Positions 8,787 through 18,621 of a DNA stretch of 64,000 bases are shown one piece after another. Under the pieces are notes generated by a model. It was not told where the DNA came from, did not search any database, and was given only the letters and a program-made list of their open reading frames with translations. Location: the NCBI GenBank assembly GCA_041178425.1, contig JBEGVH010000013.1, positions 10,556 to 74,555 of the forward strand. The letters are read 5' to 3'. Numbering within the stretch: position 1 is the stretch's first letter; each line of letters starts with the position of its first letter. Source of the stretch: Pseudomonadota bacterium (lineage in GTDB: Bacteria; Bdellovibrionota; Bdellovibrionia; Bdellovibrionales; Bdellovibrionaceae). A program made the position numbers and the translations under genes.

Positions 8787-9614
8787 TTAATTTTCTTGAT
8801 TCTCTTGATGCTTGATAGATGTTCTCAGAATAGAGCGCGTTTGCTGTGCGGCATCCTGACCGCCCAATAAGATTTTGAGTTTATTATGAACCGTTGAATC
8901 ATTGATCAATGCACCGAGAGTGCCCTCGCCATTTTCAATTTTACCCAGTATTCTATCGAGTTTATTCATAACGTTTGCAACCTTCGATGGAGATCCCATA
9001 CTTGACTGGCCTCTAACATCTTGGAGGAGCTTCGTCGCTTCATTTAACGCTACTGTGAGTTGAGTAAGTGCTTGTTCAGTTTGTGCGGGGATTTTGGCCA
9101 TTCTGTTTTCCTGCAATAGGCTTTGGGTTATCGCATGAAGATCTTCCAGGATATCAAAAAGCGTCGTAGCTCTCTCGCCTTTTTCGCTCAACACACTAAG
9201 TAGATCCGTATTTGGGGCCGTTGGAAGAACAGATCCCTCCGCTATGGGAGCTTTGTCGACTGAACCGGGAACTATGAAAAGAAATTTGTCTCCTAATGCC
9301 CCTTGCGTTTTAATCTCTATGGTACTTCCCTCGGTTATTTTTGACCGAAACGACTCTTCAAGCTTTAGCGTTAATTCCACAATATTTTTCTGTGGAATAA
9401 AATCAATCTTATGGACATTCCCAACTTTAATTCCAGAGAGCGAAACAACGCTTCCCTCGGTCAAACCTTGGATCTGTGAAAACTGGGCCTTCAGTTCGAA
9501 CTGAGGTTTAAAAAGGGCACTGCCTCCGATGAAGAAAATCGACAAGCAAATTACGATAATCCCCAAGGTGACAAAAATCCCGACTCTTTTTTTATGTTCC
9601 CTTGTCGTTTTCAT
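8787..9614 (-). CDS. mlaD: MlaD/MCE-domain protein with long helical C-terminus
   Basis: N-terminal TM helix, GLTEGSVVSLSGIKVGNV, TQGALGDKFL, GEGTLGALIND. Confidence 0.85.
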   Translation of the reverse strand: MKTTREHKKRVGIFVTLGIIVICLSIFFIGGSALFKPQFELKAQFSQIQGLTEGSVVSLSGIKVGNVHKIDFIPQKNIVELTLKLEESFRSKITEGSTIEIKTQGALGDKFLFIVPGSVDKAPIAEGSVLPTAPNTDLLSVLSEKGERATTLFDILEDLHAITQSLLQENRMAKIPAQTEQALTQLTVALNEATKLLQDVRGQSSMGSPSKVANVMNKLDRILGKIENGEGTLGALINDSTVHNKLKILLGGQDAAQQTRSILRTSIKHQENQEN

Positions 9615-10339
9615 TAAAAAGACTCTCCATGAATAAATTTATGCATTAAAGCATTGGGAGAATTATAAAATTCTTTAGGTGTCATTTCTTCCACAATTTC
9701 TCCTCGCAAAACAAGAGCAAGACGATCGCAGACTTCAAGTGCCACGGGCATATCGTGAGTGACTAAGATTGAAGTGACGCCTGTTCCTTTTAGACGGAGT
9801 ATAAGATCCTGAATTCTCTTTGTATTGAAGGGATCTAATCCTGCGGTGGGCTCGTCATAGAGCAACACCTCCGGATTCATAATAACAGCTCTAGCGAGTC
9901 CAACTCTTTTTTGCATGCCCCCGCTGAGTTGAGATGGCATTATGTTAAAGCTATCGTAAAGACCGAACTGAGTTAAAGTTGACTGAATTCTGCTGATGAT
10001 TTCGCTTTCTGAAAGGCTCGTGTGTTCCTTAAGAGCATAAGCGAGATTGTCGAAAACATTGAGCGAGTCAAATAAGGCTCCTCCTTGAAAAACGTAGGCC
10101 ACTTTTTGACGTATTTTAATTAATTCTATCTCGGACAATTGGTTGATCGTTTGATCATTAACAACGACGGTTCCGGTATCAGGAGTTTCAAGCCCAATGA
10201 TGCTTCTTAGAATTACGCTCTTTCCCGTACCTGAACCACCAATGAGTCCAAGGCATTCCCCTTTTCTGACGTGGAAATTAATGTCTTTGTGTACGATTTT
10301 GTTGCCAAATTTTTTTGAAAAGTTACTAACTTTTATCAT
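9614..10339 (-). CDS. mlaF: MlaF-type ABC ATPase
   Basis: Walker A GGSGTGKS, FQGGALFDS, LSGGMQKRV, YDEPTAGLDP, VTHD; start placed at ATG 10339, just after the mlaE stop. Confidence 0.9.
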   Translation of the reverse strand: MIKVSNFSKKFGNKIVHKDINFHVRKGECLGLIGGSGTGKSVILRSIIGLETPDTGTVVVNDQTINQLSEIELIKIRQKVAYVFQGGALFDSLNVFDNLAYALKEHTSLSESEIISRIQSTLTQFGLYDSFNIMPSQLSGGMQKRVGLARAVIMNPEVLLYDEPTAGLDPFNTKRIQDLILRLKGTGVTSILVTHDMPVALEVCDRLALVLRGEIVEEMTPKEFYNSPNALMHKFIHGESF

Positions 10340-10340
10340 G

Positions 10341-11099
10341 TTAGCCCCACTTTTGTATAATCCAAAAAAGTTTGGAGAGAAAAAAATCACCGATCAAAAT
10401 TAATATCGATGAGGTGACGACAGCCCTCGTTGTGGCGGTTCCAACGCCCGTGGCACCATCTGTGACATTCAATCCATAATAGCAAGAAGGCAAGCTTATG
10501 AATAAGGAGAAAAAAATTGCTTTGAAAAAGCCAGTGATATAATCGGCCATTGAAAGGGTCGAAAGCGTTTTAAGTAAATAGTAATTAGGATCGAGTCCTA
10601 GTTCCGTAGAACCAATAATCAACCCTCCAGCCATTCCTACAATATTCGCAAAAGCTACGAGAATTGGAATTGATAAAAGGCATGCAATAACTCGAGGAAT
10701 AACTATTTTTCTAATAGGAGATGTGCCCAATGCTTTAATTGCATCGATCTGTTGGGTAACGACCATTGAGCCAATTTCTGATGCAATGCCAGCTCCTACA
10801 CGAGCTGCCATCATGAGGCTGGTAAAAACAGGGCCAATCTCTCGAATAATTGTAGCGGCCATTAACTTGGGCACGTAAAGCTTGCCCCCAAACTTTTCTA
10901 ACCCTAATCCAAATTGGAGAGACATGACCATTCCGATAGAAAGAGCGGTTAGAAAAATGAGTGGCAATGAACGGATTCCTATTTGGTAAATTTGTTCGGA
11001 AATGAGATCGAAGTAATAAGGGCCCCTGCGCAAATCCGAAAAAACCTGCATTGCAAGAATTGTAACTCCACCAATAAAAATCCAGAGGGTGTCTGTCAT
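10341..11099 (-). CDS. mlaE: MlaE-type ABC permease
   Basis: IREIGPV, ARVGAGIASEIGSM..QQIDAI, GVGTATTRAVV. Confidence 0.9.
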   Translation of the reverse strand: MTDTLWIFIGGVTILAMQVFSDLRRGPYYFDLISEQIYQIGIRSLPLIFLTALSIGMVMSLQFGLGLEKFGGKLYVPKLMAATIIREIGPVFTSLMMAARVGAGIASEIGSMVVTQQIDAIKALGTSPIRKIVIPRVIACLLSIPILVAFANIVGMAGGLIIGSTELGLDPNYYLLKTLSTLSMADYITGFFKAIFFSLFISLPSCYYGLNVTDGATGVGTATTRAVVTSSILILIGDFFLSKLFWIIQKWG

Positions 11100-11623
11100 G
11101 GTGCCCTAAAGTCTTTCTTAAACTCTTCGAAAACGACTCTGTCTTTCTCAAATTGATTACTCACACCCGAGTAAGTGAGTTGGTAAAAGCATTTATTTTT
11201 ATTGAAGACGATGCCTTCCATTGAAACTTTTATTCCATCGATATGTCCTTTAAACTCTCCCTGAATAGACTCTCTGCCGTTGAAGAAAATAGTACTTTGT
11301 TTTGTGCTCTCTATGCGGTCAAAGCCCTTTGCGAGCTCTAAGATTGATTTTGTGAGTGGGCGATCAGAATGAGCGGTGCAGTCCGTAAAAAGTGCAATCA
11401 CGTTTCCCGTAGTGTTGCTTTGCCAAGATTTATCGAACTCAGTGTCCTTAAAAAGAATAAAAGGTTTCTTTGGTTCCTTGAATTCAAGATCATTAGCTTT
11501 GAGTGGAGAGGGAGCACTTAAGTTAAGATGAATACAACCAAGCAACTGCAATAGGAACAGTGTGATCAAACACTGAGTGGTTGTTCGGTAGAGATGTGGG
11601 GCAGAGGATTGTAGCCTAATCAT
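11096..11623 (-). CDS. Putative lipoprotein, first gene of the MCE operon
   Basis: Lipobox-like LLQLLGC; stop overlaps the mlaE start (ATGA); start uncertain (ATG 11623 preferred over 11686). Confidence 0.65.
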   Translation of the reverse strand: MIRLQSSAPHLYRTTTQCLITLFLLQLLGCIHLNLSAPSPLKANDLEFKEPKKPFILFKDTEFDKSWQSNTTGNVIALFTDCTAHSDRPLTKSILELAKGFDRIESTKQSTIFFNGRESIQGEFKGHIDGIKVSMEGIVFNKNKCFYQLTYSGVSNQFEKDRVVFEEFKKDFRAP

Positions 11624-11708
11624 ACTACCTATTTCGGAATTAAATTGAAAAAAAAGAGTCCATAACGATGGTGGGTTGAGAGGCATTTAAACTCGCCTTT
11701 CAACTAGA

Positions 11709-11724
11709 TGGCATCAATTCTGCT
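11709..11724 (+). promoter_or_regulatory. Sigma54 (-24/-12) promoter of the TPR-flagellar operon
   Basis: TGGCATCAATTCTGCT: GG-N10-GC spacing, about 35 nt upstream of ATG 11759. Confidence 0.7.
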
Positions 11725-11758
11725 CATTTGAAGGTGAGAGAAAAATGGAGACTTTGTA

Positions 11759-14644
11759 ATGGCCAGACTTAAGTCCTTATGGACTAAAAATTCTCGGAGA
11801 AATCGTTATCTTAGTGATCGGGCCTCGAGAGCCTATGACCTAAGTCGAAGTCATTTCATTGACGCTCTTCCAGCGATAGTATTCGTCCTTTTGACAGTCA
11901 CTCAATTGTGTTGGGCGCCCCACGTACTTGCTGCTGAAAAAGTAACCATGGACCTTAGGGTTGTAGATGGCAATTTTCACATTGAGTTTATGGGAACTGA
12001 AGAATGGGATTATGATCTCGATCGTAAAGAACTCGATGGGCGAGAGTACCTCGAGCTCCGAGTGCCGAGTTTGGCATCTCAAGAGCAACTAAAAAATCTC
12101 CCGAAAAATGATGTCGTTGAGTCAATTTTTCTGCAGAAAGTTCCTGGAGGCAGCAAAGATATTTTGACGATCAATCTTAAATTGAACGCTGTTGAGAGTT
12201 TTGATTATTTAACAGAGAAGCCTTCAAGACTAGTGATTGATTTATACCTCACCAAAAAAGCACAGGCTTTAGCCTCTGCAAAACAAGAAAAGAAGAATAT
12301 TCCTCAGGTAAATCCATCCCGATTGCCAGCAAAGATAGAGGTGCCATCATCTACCCAATTGAATGGCCAAAAACTCGAGAGTCCAGCGGTATCTGATCAG
12401 GCGAATGAACCAGGCTCGCTTAGTAACCCGATGGCAGGAATTTTTGATGGTGGCGACCCAACCTTTGAACGCTTTGCCATAAAAGATTACGACATAAAAG
12501 AGGCGGCGATTGTTAAGAGTCGAGAAAATCTTTATCTTCCTTTTCCAATGTTAATTATTGAGGGTGAGCATTTTGAACAGATGAAAAATCAACCCCCGGT
12601 TTATGAAATTGAAGCCAAAAATAATGCAGAAAACAAAATGGCCCGATTGGTGTTGACCCTCTTCGAGAAAAATCGGTTGGGAGTTTGCTTGAAAACAGCA
12701 AACTGGTTTTTAGAAAAATATCCTAATTCTGAATACGAAGAAATTATCCGTTTTATGTTAGGCGATATATATTTCAAGATGTGGCAAAATACGGGTAATC
12801 GAGTGAACTATGACACAGCCATGCAGGCCTATCGGGAGGCTTCACTCAAATATCCAAATTCTATACTTTCGATTCGAACCCAGTTTTTGATGGGGTATTC
12901 GGCATATTCGATAAAAGACTATTTTACTTCATTGCAGACGTTTCAAGGTCTAGTGAATCAGACCAAACCGTCCGAGCTTCGAGATAAAGCTCAAGTTGCA
13001 GTCGCTCGATCTTTGATGCGACTCAACCAGGTTGACGAAGCCATTAAAACTTTCGAACAAATGGAGAAAGAGGGATTTGCGGAGAGCAATAGGGTTGAGG
13101 CTCAATATTTGAAGGGTGATATTTACTACTTCAAACAGCAATATGCGAAAGCCACGGCAGCCTATTTAGCGGCGGCAAAAAAGTATCCAAAATACCTTGG
13201 CAATTATCCCAATGCTATCTTCAATCTTGCGGAAAGTTTGTTTTGGCAAAAACAATATAAAGCGGCGCTCGACTCTTATCGCGCATTTTTATCTCGATTT
13301 CCAAATCATCCAAGCGTGCCCTACGCTATGACGAGAGCCGGTGAGACTCTTGAAATATTGGGAGCTGAACCGCGTAGGGTGATGGGCGCTTTTCTTGAGT
13401 CATACTTTCGATTCGGCGGTACGGAGGGTGCTACGGTTCCAAGGATGCGTATTCTCAGCAATAGAATGAAACAAATGAAGGAAAAGGAAGCTGAGCGAGC
13501 AATCGAAGAAATTAACAAACTCGCTGAGACATCGACGCTTCCGGGAATAGATTTATTTGGGAAAATTCTGATTGCCGATGGTTTAAGTTCAAGAGGCGAA
13601 TATCTTCGCTCAATCGACACACTTTTAAAGTGGTATCAGAACAATCCTACTACCGGTGATGCAAAGTTAATAAAACGACGAGTCGAACGGCATGTTAATG
13701 AAAAGATGGAAAAAGATTTATCTCAGGGCGACTTTTTTTCTGTTATGAAACTTCACAATAAATTCGGTGAACTATGGTTGAAAGGATCAAGTCGAATAGA
13801 TACTATTTTCAACCTTGGGAGAGCTTTTGAGCTTGCCGGCGCCTACAAAGAAGCCGACATCTTGTTCAGGGATACCTTTAACAAATTAGTATCCGCGAAA
13901 AATTCCACTCAGGCCATTGAACATTCTGTGTTCGAACGCTTGCCGAGCACAGACCAAGTATTGTTACGGCTCGCAAAAGTGAAAGCTGAATTAACAGAAG
14001 GTGGCAAAGCCTATGACTACATCCGAGAAATTAAGGAACCGCTAAAATTGTCTGAAGAAGAGCAAATCGAGCGAATGGAAGTAGCCGTTAACTTGTTAAA
14101 AGCCCGAGGTGAAATCGACGCCGCGAAAACATATTTAAGAGACCTTGTCGAAAACTGGAAGGGTCAACCGATGAGAGTGGTTGGTCCAAGGATGACACTT
14201 GCAGAACTAGAAACAAATACCAAGAACTTCGATAAAGCAGAAGTTCTGCTTAAAAATAACCTCAGCGATTTGGAAGATGCGAAAAAAATTCCTTCAGAAG
14301 AGCACCTCAGCACCTTGAAACTTCTTAGTGATACTCTTTCTCAATCAAATAATTCAAGTGAAAACATTTCTCAATTGAATCAGATGCTTGAACTGTATTC
14401 TGAAAATCCCACACTCGATTCCTATAGATTTAGGTTAGGAAAGATTTATTTTGATCAAGGGAATCTTCAAAAAGCCAATGAGACATGGAAAATCTTGGAG
14501 CAAAAGAAATCAGAATTTTGGTGGGGACTTGCACAGAACTATTTAAAGGATAACCAATGGCGAGATACCTATCAAAAATACATTAGACGCATTCCTGCGA
14601 TGGCAAAGTCAAAGGAAGAAGCTGATGTGAAAGGACAGAACTGA
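11759..14644 (+). CDS. Large exported TPR-repeat protein coupled to flgB
   Basis: N-terminal hydrophobic segment, beta-rich domain ending PSRLVIDL, linker, many TPR-like repeats (YPNS, FPNHP); stop overlaps the flgB start (TGATG). Confidence 0.85.
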   Translation: MARLKSLWTKNSRRNRYLSDRASRAYDLSRSHFIDALPAIVFVLLTVTQLCWAPHVLAAEKVTMDLRVVDGNFHIEFMGTEEWDYDLDRKELDGREYLELRVPSLASQEQLKNLPKNDVVESIFLQKVPGGSKDILTINLKLNAVESFDYLTEKPSRLVIDLYLTKKAQALASAKQEKKNIPQVNPSRLPAKIEVPSSTQLNGQKLESPAVSDQANEPGSLSNPMAGIFDGGDPTFERFAIKDYDIKEAAIVKSRENLYLPFPMLIIEGEHFEQMKNQPPVYEIEAKNNAENKMARLVLTLFEKNRLGVCLKTANWFLEKYPNSEYEEIIRFMLGDIYFKMWQNTGNRVNYDTAMQAYREASLKYPNSILSIRTQFLMGYSAYSIKDYFTSLQTFQGLVNQTKPSELRDKAQVAVARSLMRLNQVDEAIKTFEQMEKEGFAESNRVEAQYLKGDIYYFKQQYAKATAAYLAAAKKYPKYLGNYPNAIFNLAESLFWQKQYKAALDSYRAFLSRFPNHPSVPYAMTRAGETLEILGAEPRRVMGAFLESYFRFGGTEGATVPRMRILSNRMKQMKEKEAERAIEEINKLAETSTLPGIDLFGKILIADGLSSRGEYLRSIDTLLKWYQNNPTTGDAKLIKRRVERHVNEKMEKDLSQGDFFSVMKLHNKFGELWLKGSSRIDTIFNLGRAFELAGAYKEADILFRDTFNKLVSAKNSTQAIEHSVFERLPSTDQVLLRLAKVKAELTEGGKAYDYIREIKEPLKLSEEEQIERMEVAVNLLKARGEIDAAKTYLRDLVENWKGQPMRVVGPRMTLAELETNTKNFDKAEVLLKNNLSDLEDAKKIPSEEHLSTLKLLSDTLSQSNNSSENISQLNQMLELYSENPTLDSYRFRLGKIYFDQGNLQKANETWKILEQKKSEFWWGLAQNYLKDNQWRDTYQKYIRRIPAMAKSKEEADVKGQN

Positions 14645-15060
14645 TGGCTGATATTTTTGATAAAACAACCTTAGGTCTTTCATCTTCCTTGAGGATGAGA
14701 CAACTACGTCACAACGTAATTTCATCCAACATTGCCAATGCAGAAACCCCAAATTATCATGCAAAGAAACTTGATTTCGAGGAGGCCTTGAGCCGAGCCT
14801 TGGATGTTGATAATCTTCGTGGTGTGTCCGTGACTCATGGTGATCATTTTCCAATAAGTGGCGAGGGTGCTGCCGGTATCCGCCCCGATATTTACGAGAA
14901 TCCAGAGGGAGCAATAAATAACGACGGAAATACAGTTGACCTTGAGAGAGAAATGACAGCTCTAACGGAAAATAATTTGTTATATAAAAGTGCGCTTCAG
15001 TTAATAAATAAGAAAATGGCGGCACTGAAATATGCGGCGACTGAAGGCGGAGGTAGATAA
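14644..15060 (+). CDS. flgB: Flagellar basal-body rod protein FlgB
   Basis: ISSNIANAETPNY, DGNTVDLEREM. Confidence 0.95.
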   Translation: MADIFDKTTLGLSSSLRMRQLRHNVISSNIANAETPNYHAKKLDFEEALSRALDVDNLRGVSVTHGDHFPISGEGAAGIRPDIYENPEGAINNDGNTVDLEREMTALTENNLLYKSALQLINKKMAALKYAATEGGGR

Positions 15061-15503
15061 TGGCTGATTTTCTATCGGGCATGAGAGTTTCTGCAAGTGG
15101 GATGGCCGCACAAAGATTGAGAATGAATACCATCTCGAGCAACATTGCAAATATTAATACGACACGAACACCGGAGGGCGGCGCTTATCGGCGTAAAGAT
15201 GTTGTTTTTGAAGCAATGCCTGACGCGAAGAGCTTTGGTGAAATAGTGATGTCTAGTGATCCGCGACACGATGTTCAAAGGGTTCAGGTTGTTGATGTCG
15301 TATCGGATACCAAGGCTCCCATTATGAAATATGAGCCAAATCATCCAGATGCAAATGAAGAGGGATATGTGGCCTATCCGAATATCAATCATATGGAGGA
15401 AATGGCTAATATGATAATGGCAACACGTCTTTATGAAGCTAATATTTCGGCGCTTCAAGCAAGCAAAGATATGGCTGCAAGCGCTCTTGAATTGGGTCGT
15501 TAA
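15060..15503 (+). CDS. flgC: Flagellar basal-body rod protein FlgC
   Basis: SASGMAAQRLRMNTISSNIAN, YRRK, YEPNHPDA..GYVAYPNIN, YEAN. Confidence 0.96.
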   Translation: MADFLSGMRVSASGMAAQRLRMNTISSNIANINTTRTPEGGAYRRKDVVFEAMPDAKSFGEIVMSSDPRHDVQRVQVVDVVSDTKAPIMKYEPNHPDANEEGYVAYPNINHMEEMANMIMATRLYEANISALQASKDMAASALELGR

Positions 15504-15580
15504 AATAGTTTGAGCCAAAATGAAAATTGGACTCTAAATATCGTTGAAAGTCTGGTAATCTAAAGGAACGGAGAAAAGCC

Positions 15581-15895
15581 ATGGATGGTTTTAGCGTATC
15601 GAATAGTCAAAAGTTTCTAAATACCGGTAGTATCGAATCTCAAAGGACGCAACTTGGTAGTCAACCAGTTGATGGAAAGAGCTTTGGAGATACGTTAAAA
15701 GACGCTATCCAAGAAGTTAATCAGTTACAAAAAGTATCAGATAAAAAAATGCAAGATTTAGCCACAGGAAAAACGGATAATATTCCGGATGTTATGATTG
15801 CGGCTGAAAAAGCCGATATTGCTTTGAAGCTCATGGTGCAGGTTAGAAGCAAGATTATTGATGCTTATCAAGAGATAATGAAAATGCAGGTTTGA
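15581..15895 (+). CDS. fliE: Flagellar hook-basal body protein FliE
   Basis: DVMIAAEKA...QVRSKIIDAYQEIMKMQV. Confidence 0.95.
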   Translation: MDGFSVSNSQKFLNTGSIESQRTQLGSQPVDGKSFGDTLKDAIQEVNQLQKVSDKKMQDLATGKTDNIPDVMIAAEKADIALKLMVQVRSKIIDAYQEIMKMQV

Positions 15896-15909
15896 TCTCG
15901 GAGGATTGA

Positions 15910-17565
15910 GTGCAGAAATTATTTGGTAGCCTGGTTGGGCAGTTTAGTGAATTCTACAAGACTCTGAGTCCCACCAAGAGAGTATCTCTCATTGGAGTGC
16001 TCCTGATTGGTCTGATAACGGCTGTTGTGGTTACAAGTATGGTCTCTGGTAAAGACTATGTGCCATTATTCACCAATGTCCCCGCCGATCAAGTCTCTAT
16101 GATTGTAGGCAAATTACAGGAGAAAAATGTTCCATTTCAAGTTCTGGAGGGGAGCAATACAATAGTTGTACCAGAACCACTTCTGCACTCGACGCAAATG
16201 ACTCTCATGGCCGAGATTGGGTCCGAAAAACTAGGAAATGTAGGCCTCGAGATTTTTGAAAAACAAGATCTCACTGCCAATAGCTATACACAGAAAGTTA
16301 ATTATCAACGAGCTCTTCAAGGTGAGTTGATGAGAGCTATAAACAGCCTCAACGCCGTAAAACAATCTAAAGTAATTTTAGCTTTGCCAGCGAAAAAGAA
16401 TTTTCTGGAGGAATCGAAACCGCCGACGGCGTCTGTAGTGGTGCAGCTGCATGCCGGAAAAACTCTGAATCAAGACCAAATTCGGGGAATCCGATATCTG
16501 GTTTCTAGTGCTGTTGAGGGGTTAGATGCAGATAAGGTGACTGTCGTCGATGATCGGGGCAAGATTTTATCACGAATGGGAGATCAGGCCTCTGGTGCAT
16601 CTCAAGAGTTAATAGAACTCAAAAATAAAATCGAAGAAGATATGGAGTCGAGAATCGATACCATTCTCTCGAAAGTAGTCGGGCAAGCAAAAGTTATTGC
16701 GAAAGTTGATGTAACACTCAATAACAAACAAGTTACCAGCGTCGAGGAAGTGGTAGATGCGGATAAATCAGCTATTCGCTCTGTGACGAGTGAGGAAGAA
16801 ACTCTTGATGGTAGCCGAACAAATCCCTCAGGAGTACCAGGCTCTCGTGCAAATCTACCTGGTGCAGAGAATGCTGGCCAAGTCGGCTTTAATCAGAATG
16901 TCAAAAAAGAGTTAAAAACTACAAATTATGAAGTCCCTAAGACCGTCAGAAACATTAGAGAAGGCTCTGGTGGGGTTGAGAGGATTTCTGTTGCAGTACT
17001 TGTGGATGGTATTAGTCAGGTAACTAAGAACGCGGATGGAACTTCTGATACCAAGTGGGTCGCGCGTTCACCAGAAGAATTACAAAAGTATGAGTCTCTT
17101 GTAAAAAGTGCTATCGGATTCAATGCCAGTCGCGGCGATGCTGTAAAAATAGAGAATATTCAGTTTGCAGAGGAAGACTTTACAGAATCTGAACGTTTGA
17201 TTTCAAACCTTGAGATGAAACGGATTATCCAAGGAATCTTAAAGTGGGCGATGATGGCTTTCGCTTTCGGTCTTTTCTTCATGATAATTGTGCGTCCATT
17301 CATGCAATGGGTCACCGAGAGCTTTCAGGATTCCGTTGATGAGATGTTACCTCGAACCATAGAAGAGTTAGAGCAGCTTCAGGGTGTCGACAATACGTTA
17401 CCGGGCATGACGGCTGCGTTGCCGGTGTTGGAAGATCTGGTGGATCCAGATAAAGCAGAGAGCGAGTTATTGAAAGATCGTATATTGAGCATCCTCGAGA
17501 AAGACGATGAAAAAGCGTCGAACGCACTCTCGCTTTGGTTGGTAAGAAAGGATGAAAAGGTATGA
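15910..17565 (+). CDS. fliF: Flagellar MS-ring protein FliF
   Basis: Two TM segments, YQRALQGELMRAI, PTASVVV, GVPGSRAN, AIGFNASRGD. Confidence 0.95.
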   Translation: MQKLFGSLVGQFSEFYKTLSPTKRVSLIGVLLIGLITAVVVTSMVSGKDYVPLFTNVPADQVSMIVGKLQEKNVPFQVLEGSNTIVVPEPLLHSTQMTLMAEIGSEKLGNVGLEIFEKQDLTANSYTQKVNYQRALQGELMRAINSLNAVKQSKVILALPAKKNFLEESKPPTASVVVQLHAGKTLNQDQIRGIRYLVSSAVEGLDADKVTVVDDRGKILSRMGDQASGASQELIELKNKIEEDMESRIDTILSKVVGQAKVIAKVDVTLNNKQVTSVEEVVDADKSAIRSVTSEEETLDGSRTNPSGVPGSRANLPGAENAGQVGFNQNVKKELKTTNYEVPKTVRNIREGSGGVERISVAVLVDGISQVTKNADGTSDTKWVARSPEELQKYESLVKSAIGFNASRGDAVKIENIQFAEEDFTESERLISNLEMKRIIQGILKWAMMAFAFGLFFMIIVRPFMQWVTESFQDSVDEMLPRTIEELEQLQGVDNTLPGMTAALPVLEDLVDPDKAESELLKDRILSILEKDDEKASNALSLWLVRKDEKV

Positions 17566-18599
17566 GTAGAGTCGTCAAAGTAGATAACATTCAATATGAA
17601 CAACTTAAAGGTTTTGAAAAGGCAGCGATCCTCATCAATTATTTAGGGCGAAGTGCTGCCACCATGCTTTTTAAGAGAATGGATGACGCTGATATCCGCA
17701 AGTTAGTAAATGTTATGTCAAAATTTAGAGTTGTACCCGTACACGTCACAAAAAAAATTTTGGAAGAATATTATGAGATGGTGAGTGAGTCGGCCGAGTA
17801 CATTTTTTCAGACCAGATAACTCAAAAAGATAACATTGTGGAAGCCTTAGGAGAAGAACGGGCTCGAGGAATTTTAGGTGGCCTCAATTCAAATCCTAGT
17901 CAGTCTAGAACCCTCGAAAGTTTGGAAATGGTGGATGCAAAATCCTTAGCTAACTTTCTCACAAGTGAGCACCCACAAACTGTTGCGGTTATTCTCTCGC
18001 ACCTTGAAGCGGAAAAAAAATCAGAGGTTTTGCGGCGCCTCCCAGAAAACCTGCAGTCGGAAGTTGTACTGAGAATTGCCAACCTTGAACACGTGGCACC
18101 GGAACTTATTGCTGAAGTGGATCGGGTACTCAGGCAAGAATTGGCCTCCATGAGTACTGTTGAGCAGGCCACCCTTGGTGGTGTTCAGCCTGTGGCTGAG
18201 ATGCTGAACGTTATGGATAAGAACACAGAAGCATCAATTATGTCGCGACTCGAAGAGAAAGATCCGATTCTCGCCGAAGAAATTCGAAAGCTCATGTTCG
18301 TTTTTGATGACATTATTAAAATCGATGATCGTGGAATTCAGTCTCTTCTTAAAGAAGTTCCGAATGATAAGCTGCTTCTTGCGCTCAAAACGGCGGGAGA
18401 AGACATTAGAACCAAAATATTTAAGAATATCAGTGCTCGTGCGGCAGAAGCACTAAGGGATGATTTAGCGAGCATGGGGCCGGCAAGATTAAGCGATGTT
18501 GAAGGAGCTCAGCAAGAAATTGTGAATGTCGCTAGACGACTCGAGGCTGAAGGCCGAATTATTATTTCTCGTGGTGGTGGAGACGACGCACTCGTTTAA
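17562..18599 (+). CDS. fliG: Flagellar motor switch protein FliG
   Basis: EHPQTVAVILS, LGGVQPVAEMLN, MFVFDD, VEGAQQEIV. Confidence 0.96.
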   Translation: MSRVVKVDNIQYEQLKGFEKAAILINYLGRSAATMLFKRMDDADIRKLVNVMSKFRVVPVHVTKKILEEYYEMVSESAEYIFSDQITQKDNIVEALGEERARGILGGLNSNPSQSRTLESLEMVDAKSLANFLTSEHPQTVAVILSHLEAEKKSEVLRRLPENLQSEVVLRIANLEHVAPELIAEVDRVLRQELASMSTVEQATLGGVQPVAEMLNVMDKNTEASIMSRLEEKDPILAEEIRKLMFVFDDIIKIDDRGIQSLLKEVPNDKLLLALKTAGEDIRTKIFKNISARAAEALRDDLASMGPARLSDVEGAQQEIVNVARRLEAEGRIIISRGGGDDALV

Positions 18600-18621
18600 T
18601 TTGCAGAGGTAGGGTTTTTCG

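Noticed and set aside
11745..11759. Four-codon minigene ATG-GAG-ACT-TTG-TAA overlapping the TPR gene start
   Set aside because: ATGGAG is explained as the SD of the main gene; likely coincidental.
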